Below, one piece after another: positions 27,295-36,274 of a stretch of 64,000 nt of DNA. The translations under genes were made by a program, and so were the position numbers. Source of the stretch: Bacteroidales bacterium (GTDB lineage Bacteria; Bacteroidota; Bacteroidia; Bacteroidales; UBA932); assembly GCA_022647615.1 (NCBI GenBank), contig JALCKZ010000001.1, forward strand, positions 110,178 through 174,177, in the 5' to 3' direction. The notes under the pieces are model-generated. The model did not search any database and had not been told where the DNA came from. It saw only the letters and a list, made by a program, of their open reading frames with translations. The stretch's first letter is position 1; each line of letters opens with the position of its first letter.

Positions 27295-28470
27295 ATGATA
27301 GAGGATTCATTATATGCATACATGTCGGAAAAGATTAAAGCAACACCGACAAAATTCAACCGCTACAAGTACAGTCAAATCAATTGGGGTGACAGATTGA
27401 TTGGCATTATTGGTCCAAGAGGAATTGGAAAGACCACAATGATGCTACAATATCTCATAGCACATCAATACACTGGGAATCACTTATATGTAGCTGCTGA
27501 CAATATTTATTTTGCAAATCATACTATTCTAGAATTGGCCGATGATTTTGTTAAGGAAGGCGGAACTAATTTATACATAGATGAAATTCATAAATATTCT
27601 GGATGGTCAAGAGAATTAAAACAAGTTTATGATGTTCACCCTGATTTGCATATAGTTTTTACAGGTTCCTCTATATTAGACATATACAAAGGCAAAGCAG
27701 ATTTAAGCAGACGTGTGGTAATGTATGAAATGCAGGGAATGTCCTTCAGAGAGTATCTGGCATTATATCAAAATGTTGATGTCAGAGTTTACACTCTAGA
27801 GGAGATTCTAGCACATAAAGTTAAAATTAAAGGCATCCAACACCCGCTGCCTCTTTTCAGAAAATATCTTAAACAGGGCTACTATCCTTTTGCAATGGAG
27901 GGAAGTTTTGCAATACGAATGGAACAGGTCATTACTCAAACTATTGAAAATGACATACCTATGTACACAGACATGAAAGCAGTTACTGCAAAAAAATTGA
28001 AAAGGATGCTTTCTATTATTTCCACTCTTGCTCCTTTTAAACCAAACGCAGACAACATGGCAAAAGAAATCGGGGTTAGTAAAAATAATATCTCTGACTA
28101 TTTGATTATGCTGGAAAAAACAGGCATGATTGGACAACTTAGAGACAACACCGGAGGAATGCGTGGTTTGGGCAAAGTTGAAAAAGTTTATGTAGATAAT
28201 CCTAGTCTAATGTATGTTTTATCAGGAGATAAGCCTGAAATTGGCAATATCAGAGAGACCTTTTTTTATAATCAAATGCGAGTAATGAATGATGTAACCT
28301 CATCAAAGGCGTCTGATTTTAAAGTAGATAAATATACCTTTGAAATTGGAGGTCACAAAAAAGGACATAAGCAGATAGAAAATATCAGCAATGGTTTTGT
28401 GGTCAAGGATGACATTGAGGTCGGACACGGAGACGTTATCCCGCTGTGGCAATTTGGGTTTAATTACTAA
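27295..28470 (+). CDS. COG1373-type AAA+ ATPase with a degenerate C-terminal nuclease-like motif
   Basis: 391 aa with Walker A GPRGIGKTT, Walker B LYIDEIH and a wHTH-like middle region. The C-terminal SDFKVD-KYTFEIGGHKKG aligns with EVDLIV..VEIKSG of the paralogue at 110-1291. Confidence 0.75.
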   Translation: MIEDSLYAYMSEKIKATPTKFNRYKYSQINWGDRLIGIIGPRGIGKTTMMLQYLIAHQYTGNHLYVAADNIYFANHTILELADDFVKEGGTNLYIDEIHKYSGWSRELKQVYDVHPDLHIVFTGSSILDIYKGKADLSRRVVMYEMQGMSFREYLALYQNVDVRVYTLEEILAHKVKIKGIQHPLPLFRKYLKQGYYPFAMEGSFAIRMEQVITQTIENDIPMYTDMKAVTAKKLKRMLSIISTLAPFKPNADNMAKEIGVSKNNISDYLIMLEKTGMIGQLRDNTGGMRGLGKVEKVYVDNPSLMYVLSGDKPEIGNIRETFFYNQMRVMNDVTSSKASDFKVDKYTFEIGGHKKGHKQIENISNGFVVKDDIEVGHGDVIPLWQFGFNY

Positions 28471-28480
28471 CGTTATTTGT

Positions 28481-28488
28481 TAACTTTG
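28481..28488 (+). promoter_or_regulatory. Candidate -7 box (TAacTTTG) for mcrBC
   Basis: Exact TAnnTTTG in the 82-nt spacer, 64 nt upstream of the mcrB ATG. Confidence 0.35.
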
Positions 28489-28552
28489 TTATTGAATGAA
28501 ATAAAGTACGCTCTCTAAAATTAAAGGAATCAGGTAAAAAAGACAGCTAGCA

Positions 28553-30550
28553 ATGGATATTAAAAATAAAATCGAAGACGAATTAAGGAATAATAAACCA
28601 TTGTATGAAAACATCTCCTCCTCTAAAGAATTCTATTTCGCAAAAGCTAGAGATGCATGGAATCAATGGAAAAGCTTACAGATTGATGGTAAGTTGATTA
28701 CAGAACTTATTTCTTTAGATTACAAGGATTTTAGTAAAAGAGAAGATATTTCAAATATTAGGGATACCTTATTTAAGTTTGTTGCCCATTGTGACACTAA
28801 AGCAAAGGATAAAAATGATATAAACGAATATCAAGACCACCGAGCTATCGCGCAAGTTGGCGTTTATCAAAATAACTGGATTAGCCAATTATTAAAGTAC
28901 AAACTGGACCCTAAAAGCGTAACGGACACGATGACTAACCTATTCAACTACATTGAAGATCCAAGGAACCATCTGCCTATTTTAAGCGAGCAGCATAAAT
29001 CACTTATCGCAAAATTCTTCTTTGAAAAAGGATATGACAGAACGACTTTTGCAACTGAGGCTAAAGCATATTTTGAAAAGTTTTGCCAGTGCGAAAATGA
29101 CGAAAACAACACATACTTTTATTCAAGGCTAATCTATGGATTAAAAACGCTATGGGATAGCAGAGATATTCAAGGACTGATTTGCCGTGATTCTAATGAC
29201 TCCTGGAAAGACTCCTATATAAACGATATGAAGGCTAATAAGCACGCTTGTCTATGGTGGAATACAAGCCCCGTTGATAGAGCAGATGTCATTAAAAAAT
29301 TATCCTCAATTGTAGAAGCTGGAGGCACCTTTGTTGTATACTTTGTAAGTCAAAATTATGCGACATATAAGGCCACAGTAATAGATTTCGCTGTTGAAAA
29401 AAATTATACTAAAAAGGCCAACAACTGGAGGCAATATGAACCTGAACCTGTAGAATTTAAAGATAATTTTAAAGACTATAGTGATGGTGATAAACATGCG
29501 GCAATTGTTTTTCTTGCAAGCAAATTTGAGAAACTAACTTCACCAATTGACATCGAAAATTTTAAGACTTATAATGGTGCTAAATACCCGCAAGTTATAC
29601 ATATAGTAGCCTTTACAAAAATACTTTCAAACCAAGACAAAGAAATGGAAACAAATATAGATTCATGCAAGTACCTTTTGGAGACTAATCGCAATTTAAT
29701 ATTGCAAGGTGCTCCCGGTACAGGAAAAACATACAATTCTGCATCAATAGCAGTAGCTCTCATTGACGACAATTTTGTGAATTTTAATGACCATAGCGAA
29801 GTAATGAAAAAATATGAAGACCTGAGAAAAAACGAACAAATTGCTTTCATAACATTCCACCAATCAATGGATTATGAAGATTTTGTAGAAGGTCTAAGGC
29901 CTATTGTAAAAGATAAAAACATAGCCTATCAATTGGAAGATGGAATCTTTAAAAAAATATGTGCTGTAGCAAAAGGGAATCCGGATAAAAAGTATGTCCT
30001 TATTATCGATGAAATAAATCGTGGTAATGTTTCGAAAATCTTTGGCGAATTAATAACATTGATTGAAAAAGATAAGAGGCTCCTCAGCACACATCCACTA
30101 ACTATTCCACTAACATACTCAAAAGTTGATTTCGGAGTGCCTAACAATGTGTACATTATAGGGACGATGAATACTACAGACAGAAGCACTGGCACATTGG
30201 ATTATGCGCTACGTAGACGTTTTGTATTCAAAACATTGCCTTCTCAGAAAAATATTGTGGAGAATCAAGGTTCAAATATTGCTCAAGAAGCTGCAACACT
30301 ATTTGATGACGTATTTAATTTCATTAAGAGCTACAAGGCGGATGATATGAATATAGAGGATTTAATGGTAGGACATAGTTATTTTCTTGCTGAAAGTGAA
30401 AAAGAACTTAAGATGAAAATAAGCTATGGAGTGATCCCTTTAATCAAAGAATACATTAAGGATGGTATACTTCGTCAGCCCAAGACAACAGATAAAGACA
30501 CGAAAGACTATTTCGATAATTGGACAAATCTACTCCCATTAAGTCAATAG
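28553..30550 (+). CDS. mcrB: McrB-family AAA+ GTPase (Type IV restriction) with an unassigned N-terminal region of about 370 aa
   Basis: Walker A GAPGTGKTY (aa 386), FHQSMDYEDFVEG, Walker B LIIDEINRGNVSKIFGEL, the McrB signature GTMNTTDRS and ALRRRF. No AAA motif occurs in the first 370 aa or so. Confidence 0.85.
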   Translation: MDIKNKIEDELRNNKPLYENISSSKEFYFAKARDAWNQWKSLQIDGKLITELISLDYKDFSKREDISNIRDTLFKFVAHCDTKAKDKNDINEYQDHRAIAQVGVYQNNWISQLLKYKLDPKSVTDTMTNLFNYIEDPRNHLPILSEQHKSLIAKFFFEKGYDRTTFATEAKAYFEKFCQCENDENNTYFYSRLIYGLKTLWDSRDIQGLICRDSNDSWKDSYINDMKANKHACLWWNTSPVDRADVIKKLSSIVEAGGTFVVYFVSQNYATYKATVIDFAVEKNYTKKANNWRQYEPEPVEFKDNFKDYSDGDKHAAIVFLASKFEKLTSPIDIENFKTYNGAKYPQVIHIVAFTKILSNQDKEMETNIDSCKYLLETNRNLILQGAPGTGKTYNSASIAVALIDDNFVNFNDHSEVMKKYEDLRKNEQIAFITFHQSMDYEDFVEGLRPIVKDKNIAYQLEDGIFKKICAVAKGNPDKKYVLIIDEINRGNVSKIFGELITLIEKDKRLLSTHPLTIPLTYSKVDFGVPNNVYIIGTMNTTDRSTGTLDYALRRRFVFKTLPSQKNIVENQGSNIAQEAATLFDDVFNFIKSYKADDMNIEDLMVGHSYFLAESEKELKMKISYGVIPLIKEYIKDGILRQPKTTDKDTKDYFDNWTNLLPLSQ

Positions 30551-30554
30551 TCTG

Positions 30555-31829
30555 ATGAGAACAACTAAGGTCATTCATGAACATGATTGTTTTCCAGATA
30601 AAGTATCATATCTTAAATATGATTCGAGGCTAGGGAATGGTTTTCCCCTATTTCCTCCTGGTACCTCGGATTTCAATCAGCGTTATTTTATTCAATGGGA
30701 AGGGCTTGATAATAAGCCCGGTTATAGAGCATCTTATATGATAGGTGCTCAGTGGATAAATACTGAGCATGATCAAATTCCCGTAGCAGTTGTACCAAAA
30801 ATTGAACACATAGATTTTTTAAAAATGTTTATGTCCTGTTTCTACAGTAATTTAGCTGAAGACTCATTTTCTAAGATTTACCATATTGATACCTCAAAGA
30901 AGGAAATTGAATGTCAAGAACTTGACAGTATTTTAAGCCCTTTAATTGTCCTTCATTTTCTTGCCGTAACTAAATCTCTTATAGCAAAAGGCTTAAAAAA
31001 AGATTATGTGAATAGGGATGGGAACATGCATAAAGTTAAAGGCAGGCTGGATATTCGTAAGAACGAAAAAACTAATGTGTTGACAAGAAGACTTGACCGA
31101 TTTTACTGTAATTATCAAGAATATTCAGAGGATATCCCGGAAAATAGAATCATTAAAAAAGCTCTTATAATATCGCAAGTGATTCTACAAAAAATACAAC
31201 CACAACAATCAGAAGGGGCTATCAATATCTTGCGCAAATGCCTAGCTGTAATGAGTGGAGTTGGTAACACGATAGAGCAACATGAGGTCTCAATGATTAA
31301 ACATCATAAACTTTTCAAAGAGTATGAAGAGAGTATAAAGTTGGCAAAACTCATTTTAAAAAGATATGATTTCAGCATTACCAAAGAAGGTAAAAACCAT
31401 GATTTTGTGCCAGTATTTTGGATTGATATGCCATTGCTATATGAGCACTATGTTTATGGATTATTGTCTGCATCGTATCCTGACGATATAATCTATCAAG
31501 CTGAAGGACAGACCGGATATCCTGATTTCTTGTGTAAGTCACATAAGTTGATTTTGGATACCAAGTACATTCCTGATAGTGATATACATTTGGATACTTA
31601 TGTAATTCGGCAGTTGTCAGGATATGCTCGCGACAATGCAATACTCAATCAACTAAACGCAGACTATAAAGAAGTGGTGCCATGCGTTATCATATATCCC
31701 AAGGAGTCAGTTGATAATGAGGTAGTAAATGATTTTAACAAACCGTTAAATAAATTATGGACACAATACGAAGGTTTAGTGGAGTTTTACACAATTTGTG
31801 TTAATCTGCCTAATATAGTAAAAAGATAG
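30555..31829 (+). CDS. mcrC: McrC-like nuclease subunit
   Basis: 424 aa starting 4 nt after the mcrB stop. C-terminal PD-(D/E)xK-like GYPDFLC...LILDTKY, with size and order typical of McrC. Confidence 0.8.
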   Translation: MRTTKVIHEHDCFPDKVSYLKYDSRLGNGFPLFPPGTSDFNQRYFIQWEGLDNKPGYRASYMIGAQWINTEHDQIPVAVVPKIEHIDFLKMFMSCFYSNLAEDSFSKIYHIDTSKKEIECQELDSILSPLIVLHFLAVTKSLIAKGLKKDYVNRDGNMHKVKGRLDIRKNEKTNVLTRRLDRFYCNYQEYSEDIPENRIIKKALIISQVILQKIQPQQSEGAINILRKCLAVMSGVGNTIEQHEVSMIKHHKLFKEYEESIKLAKLILKRYDFSITKEGKNHDFVPVFWIDMPLLYEHYVYGLLSASYPDDIIYQAEGQTGYPDFLCKSHKLILDTKYIPDSDIHLDTYVIRQLSGYARDNAILNQLNADYKEVVPCVIIYPKESVDNEVVNDFNKPLNKLWTQYEGLVEFYTICVNLPNIVKR

Positions 31830-31840
31830 TACTATACGAG

Positions 31841-31962
31841 TTGCCAGCGCACAAAGCGCACTGGCAATTAGTGGTTTACGCGGCTCCGCCGCGAAGCTGC
31901 ACGCGCTCCGCGCGGGCAAAAAAAAACAGGCAAAAATGCCTGTTATTTTTTATGCCTTGTTA
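31841..31962 (+). repeat. GC-rich multi-hairpin repeat, copy A (forward orientation, most compact copy)
   Basis: ttgccagcgc-ACAAAGC-gcactggcaa, ttagtggttta, cgcggc-tcc-gccgcg, aagctgca, cgcgc-tcc-gcgcg, ggcaaaaaaaaa, caggc-aaaaat-gcctg, ttattttttatgccttgtta. Confidence 0.9.
31925..31951. terminator. Bidirectional rho-independent terminator between mcrC and recJ (part of repeat copy A)
   Basis: Stem aacaggc/gcctgtt, preceded by A9 and followed by aTTTTTT. The flanking genes are convergent. Confidence 0.7.
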
Positions 31963-31992
31963 ATCTCCTTATATTACTTCTTGAAGATTTTC

Positions 31993-33750
31993 CTAGAAAC
32001 TCAAATCGTTGCGTTCACGTATATCCTTGATTCTCAGCTGAACATTGGCAATGCTGCTGCGGTAGAAATTCTCTGCAATTGAGTAGCAAATATCCACCGG
32101 ATTGCCCGCCTCCAGATGGTCAAAGTAATCCGACATGTTAAATGCTATTGCTGATAAATGACGATAAGGTTCATCCTCTTGAATCAGCTCCAGTTTCAAA
32201 TGTCCATTTTGACTCCCCACCTTTCTTCCATTACCGTCATCATAAACATTCTCCGTAATAAAAACAGGAGAAAGATTACCCGGACCAAACGGCTGAAATT
32301 GATTCAAAATTCTAAAAAACTTTGGAGTAATTTGATGGAACTCCAAATAAGAATCGGCTTTTATGATAGGAGTAAGTATCTCCTTTGTAATCTTCTTAGT
32401 AACAATCTCTTCAAAGCGTCTCTTAAACTCAGGAAGATTCTCCTCCTTAAGAGTAAGTCCGGCAGCATAAACATGGCCTCCAAAATTTTCCAGCAAATCT
32501 GAACAAGATTCAATTGCCTCATACAAATCAAATCCCGGAATACTTCTGGCAGAACCTGTAATAAAGCCATTTGAAGATTTTGTAAGAACAATAGTAGGTC
32601 TGTAAAATGCTTCTACCAAGCGGCTTGCGACAATACCTACAACTCCCTTGTGCCATCCCTCATTGTAAACCACAGTAGAATTGAGTTTCTCAAAATCGGG
32701 CTCCTTCTTCACAATCTCAATCGCCTCTTTAGTAATCTCCCTGTCTATGTTCTTGCGCTCATTATTATGGTCATTAATTTCCTTTCCAAATTTTGTTGCA
32801 TCAGCCTCATTCTGAGATGTAAGCAAATCAACTGCAGTCCTTCCGCTCTCCATTCTCCCCGCCGCATTAATTCTTGGACCAATCTTAAACACAATATCAT
32901 CTATCGTGATTTTATGCTTTTCCAAACCGGAAAGTTTTATCATTGCAAGAAGTCCCTTGCGCGGAGCCTCATTCAATCTCTTCAATCCAAAATAAGCGAG
33001 CACTCTGTTCTCTCCCGTAACTGACACTAAATCAGCTGCTATGCTTACAGCCACCAAATCCAGCAAAGTCTCAATTTTCTCAAAAGGAATCTGATATTTT
33101 TGCGCGTAACCCTGGACTAATTTAAAGCCCACTCCGCATCCCGACAGGTCATCAAAAGGATAATCACAGTCTGACCGCTTAGGGTCAAGGACAGCAACGG
33201 CGGGAGGAAGAATATCTCCCTGCAAGTGATGGTCGCAAATAATAAAATCTATCCCCTTCTCTTTTGCATACTTCACAGAATCAGCCTCTTTGATACCGCA
33301 GTCAAGCGCTATCACCAAGTTAAACTTACGCTCCGCAGCCCAGTCAACTCCATGAAAAGAGATACCATATCCCTCATCATATCTGTCGGGAATATAATAA
33401 TCTATCTCATCTTTTTCAGTGAGTGTTTTCAGAAAAGAATAAACCAAAGAAACTGCAGAAGTTCCGTCAACATCATAATCTCCATAGATGAGGATGCGTT
33501 CTTTTTTCTCAATTGCAGTATGAATACGCTCAACAGCAACATCCATGTCCTTCATTAAGAAAGGATTATGAAGCATTTTCAAATCGGGGCGGAAGAAGTC
33601 CCTGGCCTCCGCATAATCTTTTATTCCCCTCTGCACCAAAAGGTTTGCAAGCACCTCATCAATTCCAAGATCTTGCATAAGTTGCCTTGTGTAAAGAGGG
33701 TTGCCGGGCTCTCTTAGCACCCACTTCTTCTCTATATTTCTTACATCCAT
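31993..33750 (-). CDS. recJ: Single-stranded-DNA-specific exonuclease RecJ
   Basis: 585 aa with DHH motifs (YGDYDVDGTS, DCG, CDHH) and a DHHA1 GGH motif (FGGHVYAAG). Confidence 0.9.
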   Translation of the reverse strand: MDVRNIEKKWVLREPGNPLYTRQLMQDLGIDEVLANLLVQRGIKDYAEARDFFRPDLKMLHNPFLMKDMDVAVERIHTAIEKKERILIYGDYDVDGTSAVSLVYSFLKTLTEKDEIDYYIPDRYDEGYGISFHGVDWAAERKFNLVIALDCGIKEADSVKYAKEKGIDFIICDHHLQGDILPPAVAVLDPKRSDCDYPFDDLSGCGVGFKLVQGYAQKYQIPFEKIETLLDLVAVSIAADLVSVTGENRVLAYFGLKRLNEAPRKGLLAMIKLSGLEKHKITIDDIVFKIGPRINAAGRMESGRTAVDLLTSQNEADATKFGKEINDHNNERKNIDREITKEAIEIVKKEPDFEKLNSTVVYNEGWHKGVVGIVASRLVEAFYRPTIVLTKSSNGFITGSARSIPGFDLYEAIESCSDLLENFGGHVYAAGLTLKEENLPEFKRRFEEIVTKKITKEILTPIIKADSYLEFHQITPKFFRILNQFQPFGPGNLSPVFITENVYDDGNGRKVGSQNGHLKLELIQEDEPYRHLSAIAFNMSDYFDHLEAGNPVDICYSIAENFYRSSIANVQLRIKDIRERNDLSF

Positions 33751-33760
33751 CGCTAGTTCG

Positions 33761-33768
33761 CAAATGTA
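33761..33768 (-). promoter_or_regulatory. Candidate -7 box (TAcaTTTG) for recJ
   Basis: Exact TAnnTTTG on the minus strand, 10 nt upstream of the recJ ATG. This implies a very short leader. Confidence 0.35.
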
Positions 33769-33800
33769 AAGAATATATTTCTTTTATCATAGAAAAATAT

Positions 33801-33808
33801 TAAATTTG
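33801..33808 (+). promoter_or_regulatory. Candidate -7 box (TAaaTTTG) for lysS
   Basis: Exact TAnnTTTG, 47 nt upstream of the lysS ATG. Confidence 0.4.
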
Positions 33809-33855
33809 CCTCTTTGGAAAAATGGTCTAAATAATTTATTATTAACAGAATAAAG

Positions 33856-35391
33856 ATGGAACAAAACCTTAATGAACAGGAGCAGATAAGAAGACAATCT
33901 CTGGATGAACTTAGAAAATTGGGAATTAACCCGTATCCCGCAGAGGAATACCCGGTTAACAGTTCTTCTAAAGAAATTGTAGAGGTGTTTAACCCCAATG
34001 CAGGAGAGGATGACAAGGATTACGAGCACTTTAAGAATGTTTGTCTTGCAGGAAGGCTAATGAGCCGCAGGATTATGGGAGCTGCATCATTCATAGAGAT
34101 TCAGGATTCTTTTGGAAGAGTGCAGGCGTATGTCAAGAGAGATGAAGTTTGCCCGGGAGAAGATAAGACAATGTACAATACTGTCTTTAAGAAACTTATG
34201 GACATTGGAGATTTCATCGGAGTTAAGGGATACGCATTTGTAACTCAGACGGGGCAGAAGACAATTCATGTAAAAGAGATAAAGCTTCTTTGCAAATCAT
34301 TAAGGGTGCTCCCGATAGTTAAAGAGAAGGATGGTACTGTGTATGACGCATTTGCAGACCCTGAGCTACGCTATCGCCAGAGATATGTAGACCTGATTGT
34401 TAATCCTCAGACAAGAGATGTCTTTGTTAAGAGAACAAAGATTTACAATACAATGCGCAGCTTCTTTAACGAGAATGGCTGCCTGGAAGTGGAAACCCCT
34501 ATCCTTCAGCCAATTCCCGGCGGAGCCAACGCACGTCCGTTTGTAACTCACCACAACACTTTGGATATGGATTTGTACCTGAGAATTGCGGATGAGCTTT
34601 ATTTAAAGAGACTTATAGTTGGCGGTTATCCCGGCGTTTATGAATTCAGCAAGGACTTCAGAAATGAAGGCATGGACCGTACTCATAATCCGGAGTTTAC
34701 GGCAATGGAAATTTACGTTGCCTATAAAGATTACAACTGGATGATGAGATTTGTAGAGCAGATGTTGGAGAAAGTTGCAGTAGCTGTTAACGGTACCACC
34801 AAGCTAAAAATTGGAGAGCAAGAGGTAGAATTTAAGGGTCCATACCGCAGACTGCCTATGATTGAGGCAATTAAAGAGTATGCAGGCATAGATATAACGG
34901 GAATGAATGAGGAGCAGCTAAGAGATGCATGCAAGAAATTAAAAGTTCAGGTTGACCCAAGCTTTGGCGCGGGCAAGCTGATAGATGCTTTGTTTGGAGA
35001 GTTCTGTGAAAAGAACTTGATTCAACCTACGTTTGTAACTGATTATCCTGTAGCCACTTCTCCGCTTACAAAGAGGAAGAGAGATGATGATTCTCTTGTA
35101 GAAAGATTTGAATTATTTGTTTGCGGCAAAGAGCTGGCAAATGCATACAGTGAGCTTAATGACCCTATAGACCAGCTGGAAAGATTTAGAGATCAGCTGC
35201 GTCTGAAGGACAAGGGTGATGATGAGGCAATGTACATAGACATGGATTTCATCCGCGCCCTTGAATACGGAATGCCTCCAACAAGCGGAATGGGAATTGG
35301 AATGGACCGCCTTACAATGTTCATGACCAACCAGACCTCTATACAGGATGTTTTGTTCTTCCCTCAGATGAAGGCGGAGCAGTATAAATAA
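33856..35391 (+). CDS. lysS: Lysine--tRNA ligase (class II)
   Basis: 511 aa with an OB anticodon-binding N-domain and class II motifs ([26 protein letters not shown]). Confidence 0.95.
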   Translation: MEQNLNEQEQIRRQSLDELRKLGINPYPAEEYPVNSSSKEIVEVFNPNAGEDDKDYEHFKNVCLAGRLMSRRIMGAASFIEIQDSFGRVQAYVKRDEVCPGEDKTMYNTVFKKLMDIGDFIGVKGYAFVTQTGQKTIHVKEIKLLCKSLRVLPIVKEKDGTVYDAFADPELRYRQRYVDLIVNPQTRDVFVKRTKIYNTMRSFFNENGCLEVETPILQPIPGGANARPFVTHHNTLDMDLYLRIADELYLKRLIVGGYPGVYEFSKDFRNEGMDRTHNPEFTAMEIYVAYKDYNWMMRFVEQMLEKVAVAVNGTTKLKIGEQEVEFKGPYRRLPMIEAIKEYAGIDITGMNEEQLRDACKKLKVQVDPSFGAGKLIDALFGEFCEKNLIQPTFVTDYPVATSPLTKRKRDDDSLVERFELFVCGKELANAYSELNDPIDQLERFRDQLRLKDKGDDEAMYIDMDFIRALEYGMPPTSGMGIGMDRLTMFMTNQTSIQDVLFFPQMKAEQYK

Positions 35392-35419
35392 TTTTTTATT
35401 CCCGACAGGAAATTTACAA

Positions 35420-36274
35420 ATGACCCCGGATGCCGATAGGAATCTTATCACTTCTTTAAAGAATCCAAAAATTAAAGAGGCGCTTGAGCTTTATGAGAAA
35501 TCTAAAGAGCGCAGGGCCAGGCATTTATTTGTTGTGGAGGGAGTTAGAGAAGTCCTGGATTGCATTAATGCCGGATACGAACTGCGCACTGTTTTTTATT
35601 GTCCAAAAATAATTTCAGAGAAAAATTTTAATGAGATAAAAAAGCACGCAATAGATGAAATCTGTTTTGAAGTAACAGAAGATGTCTATGGCAAGCTTGC
35701 CTATCGCGCAGGAACAGAGGGTATTGTAGCAGTTGTTAAAGAGAAGAAAAAAAAGCTGGAGGATATAAACCTCAAAGTAAAGTGTGATGAGAAAGGTAAC
35801 TATCAGCCTCTTATTCTAGTAGTTGAGAGTGTGGAGAAACCCGGCAATCTTGGAGCTTTGCTAAGAACGGCAGATGCCTGCGGAGCGGATGCTGTTCTGA
35901 TTTGCGATGAGCTTACAGACCTGTACAATCCAAATTTAATCCGCGCAAGTCTTGGAGGAATCTTTACGCAAAACGTTGTCTGCTGCACAAATGAAGAGGC
36001 CTATAAATGGCTAAAAGACAATAATATAACAATATACACAGCACAGCTGCAAGATTCAAAACTGTACTATAAAACAGACATGAAGAGAGGCTGCGCAATT
36101 GTAATGGGAAGCGAGGCAAACGGGCTTACTGAGTTTTGGAGAAAAGCGGCCAGCGAGAAAATAATGATTCCGATGATGGGGAAACTGGATTCTCTAAACG
36201 TCTCTGTATCAGCAGCTATTTTATGTTATGAGGCGCTTAGACAGAGGTCGTCAAGCATAAACGAGAATAAATGA
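35420..36274 (+). CDS. SpoU/TrmH-family RNA 2'-O-methyltransferase
   Basis: 284 aa with an L30e-like substrate-binding N-domain and SpoU motifs (KPGNLGALLRTADACG, GSEANGL, IPMMGKLDSLNVSVSA). Confidence 0.8.
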   Translation: MTPDADRNLITSLKNPKIKEALELYEKSKERRARHLFVVEGVREVLDCINAGYELRTVFYCPKIISEKNFNEIKKHAIDEICFEVTEDVYGKLAYRAGTEGIVAVVKEKKKKLEDINLKVKCDEKGNYQPLILVVESVEKPGNLGALLRTADACGADAVLICDELTDLYNPNLIRASLGGIFTQNVVCCTNEEAYKWLKDNNITIYTAQLQDSKLYYKTDMKRGCAIVMGSEANGLTEFWRKAASEKIMIPMMGKLDSLNVSVSAAILCYEALRQRSSSINENK

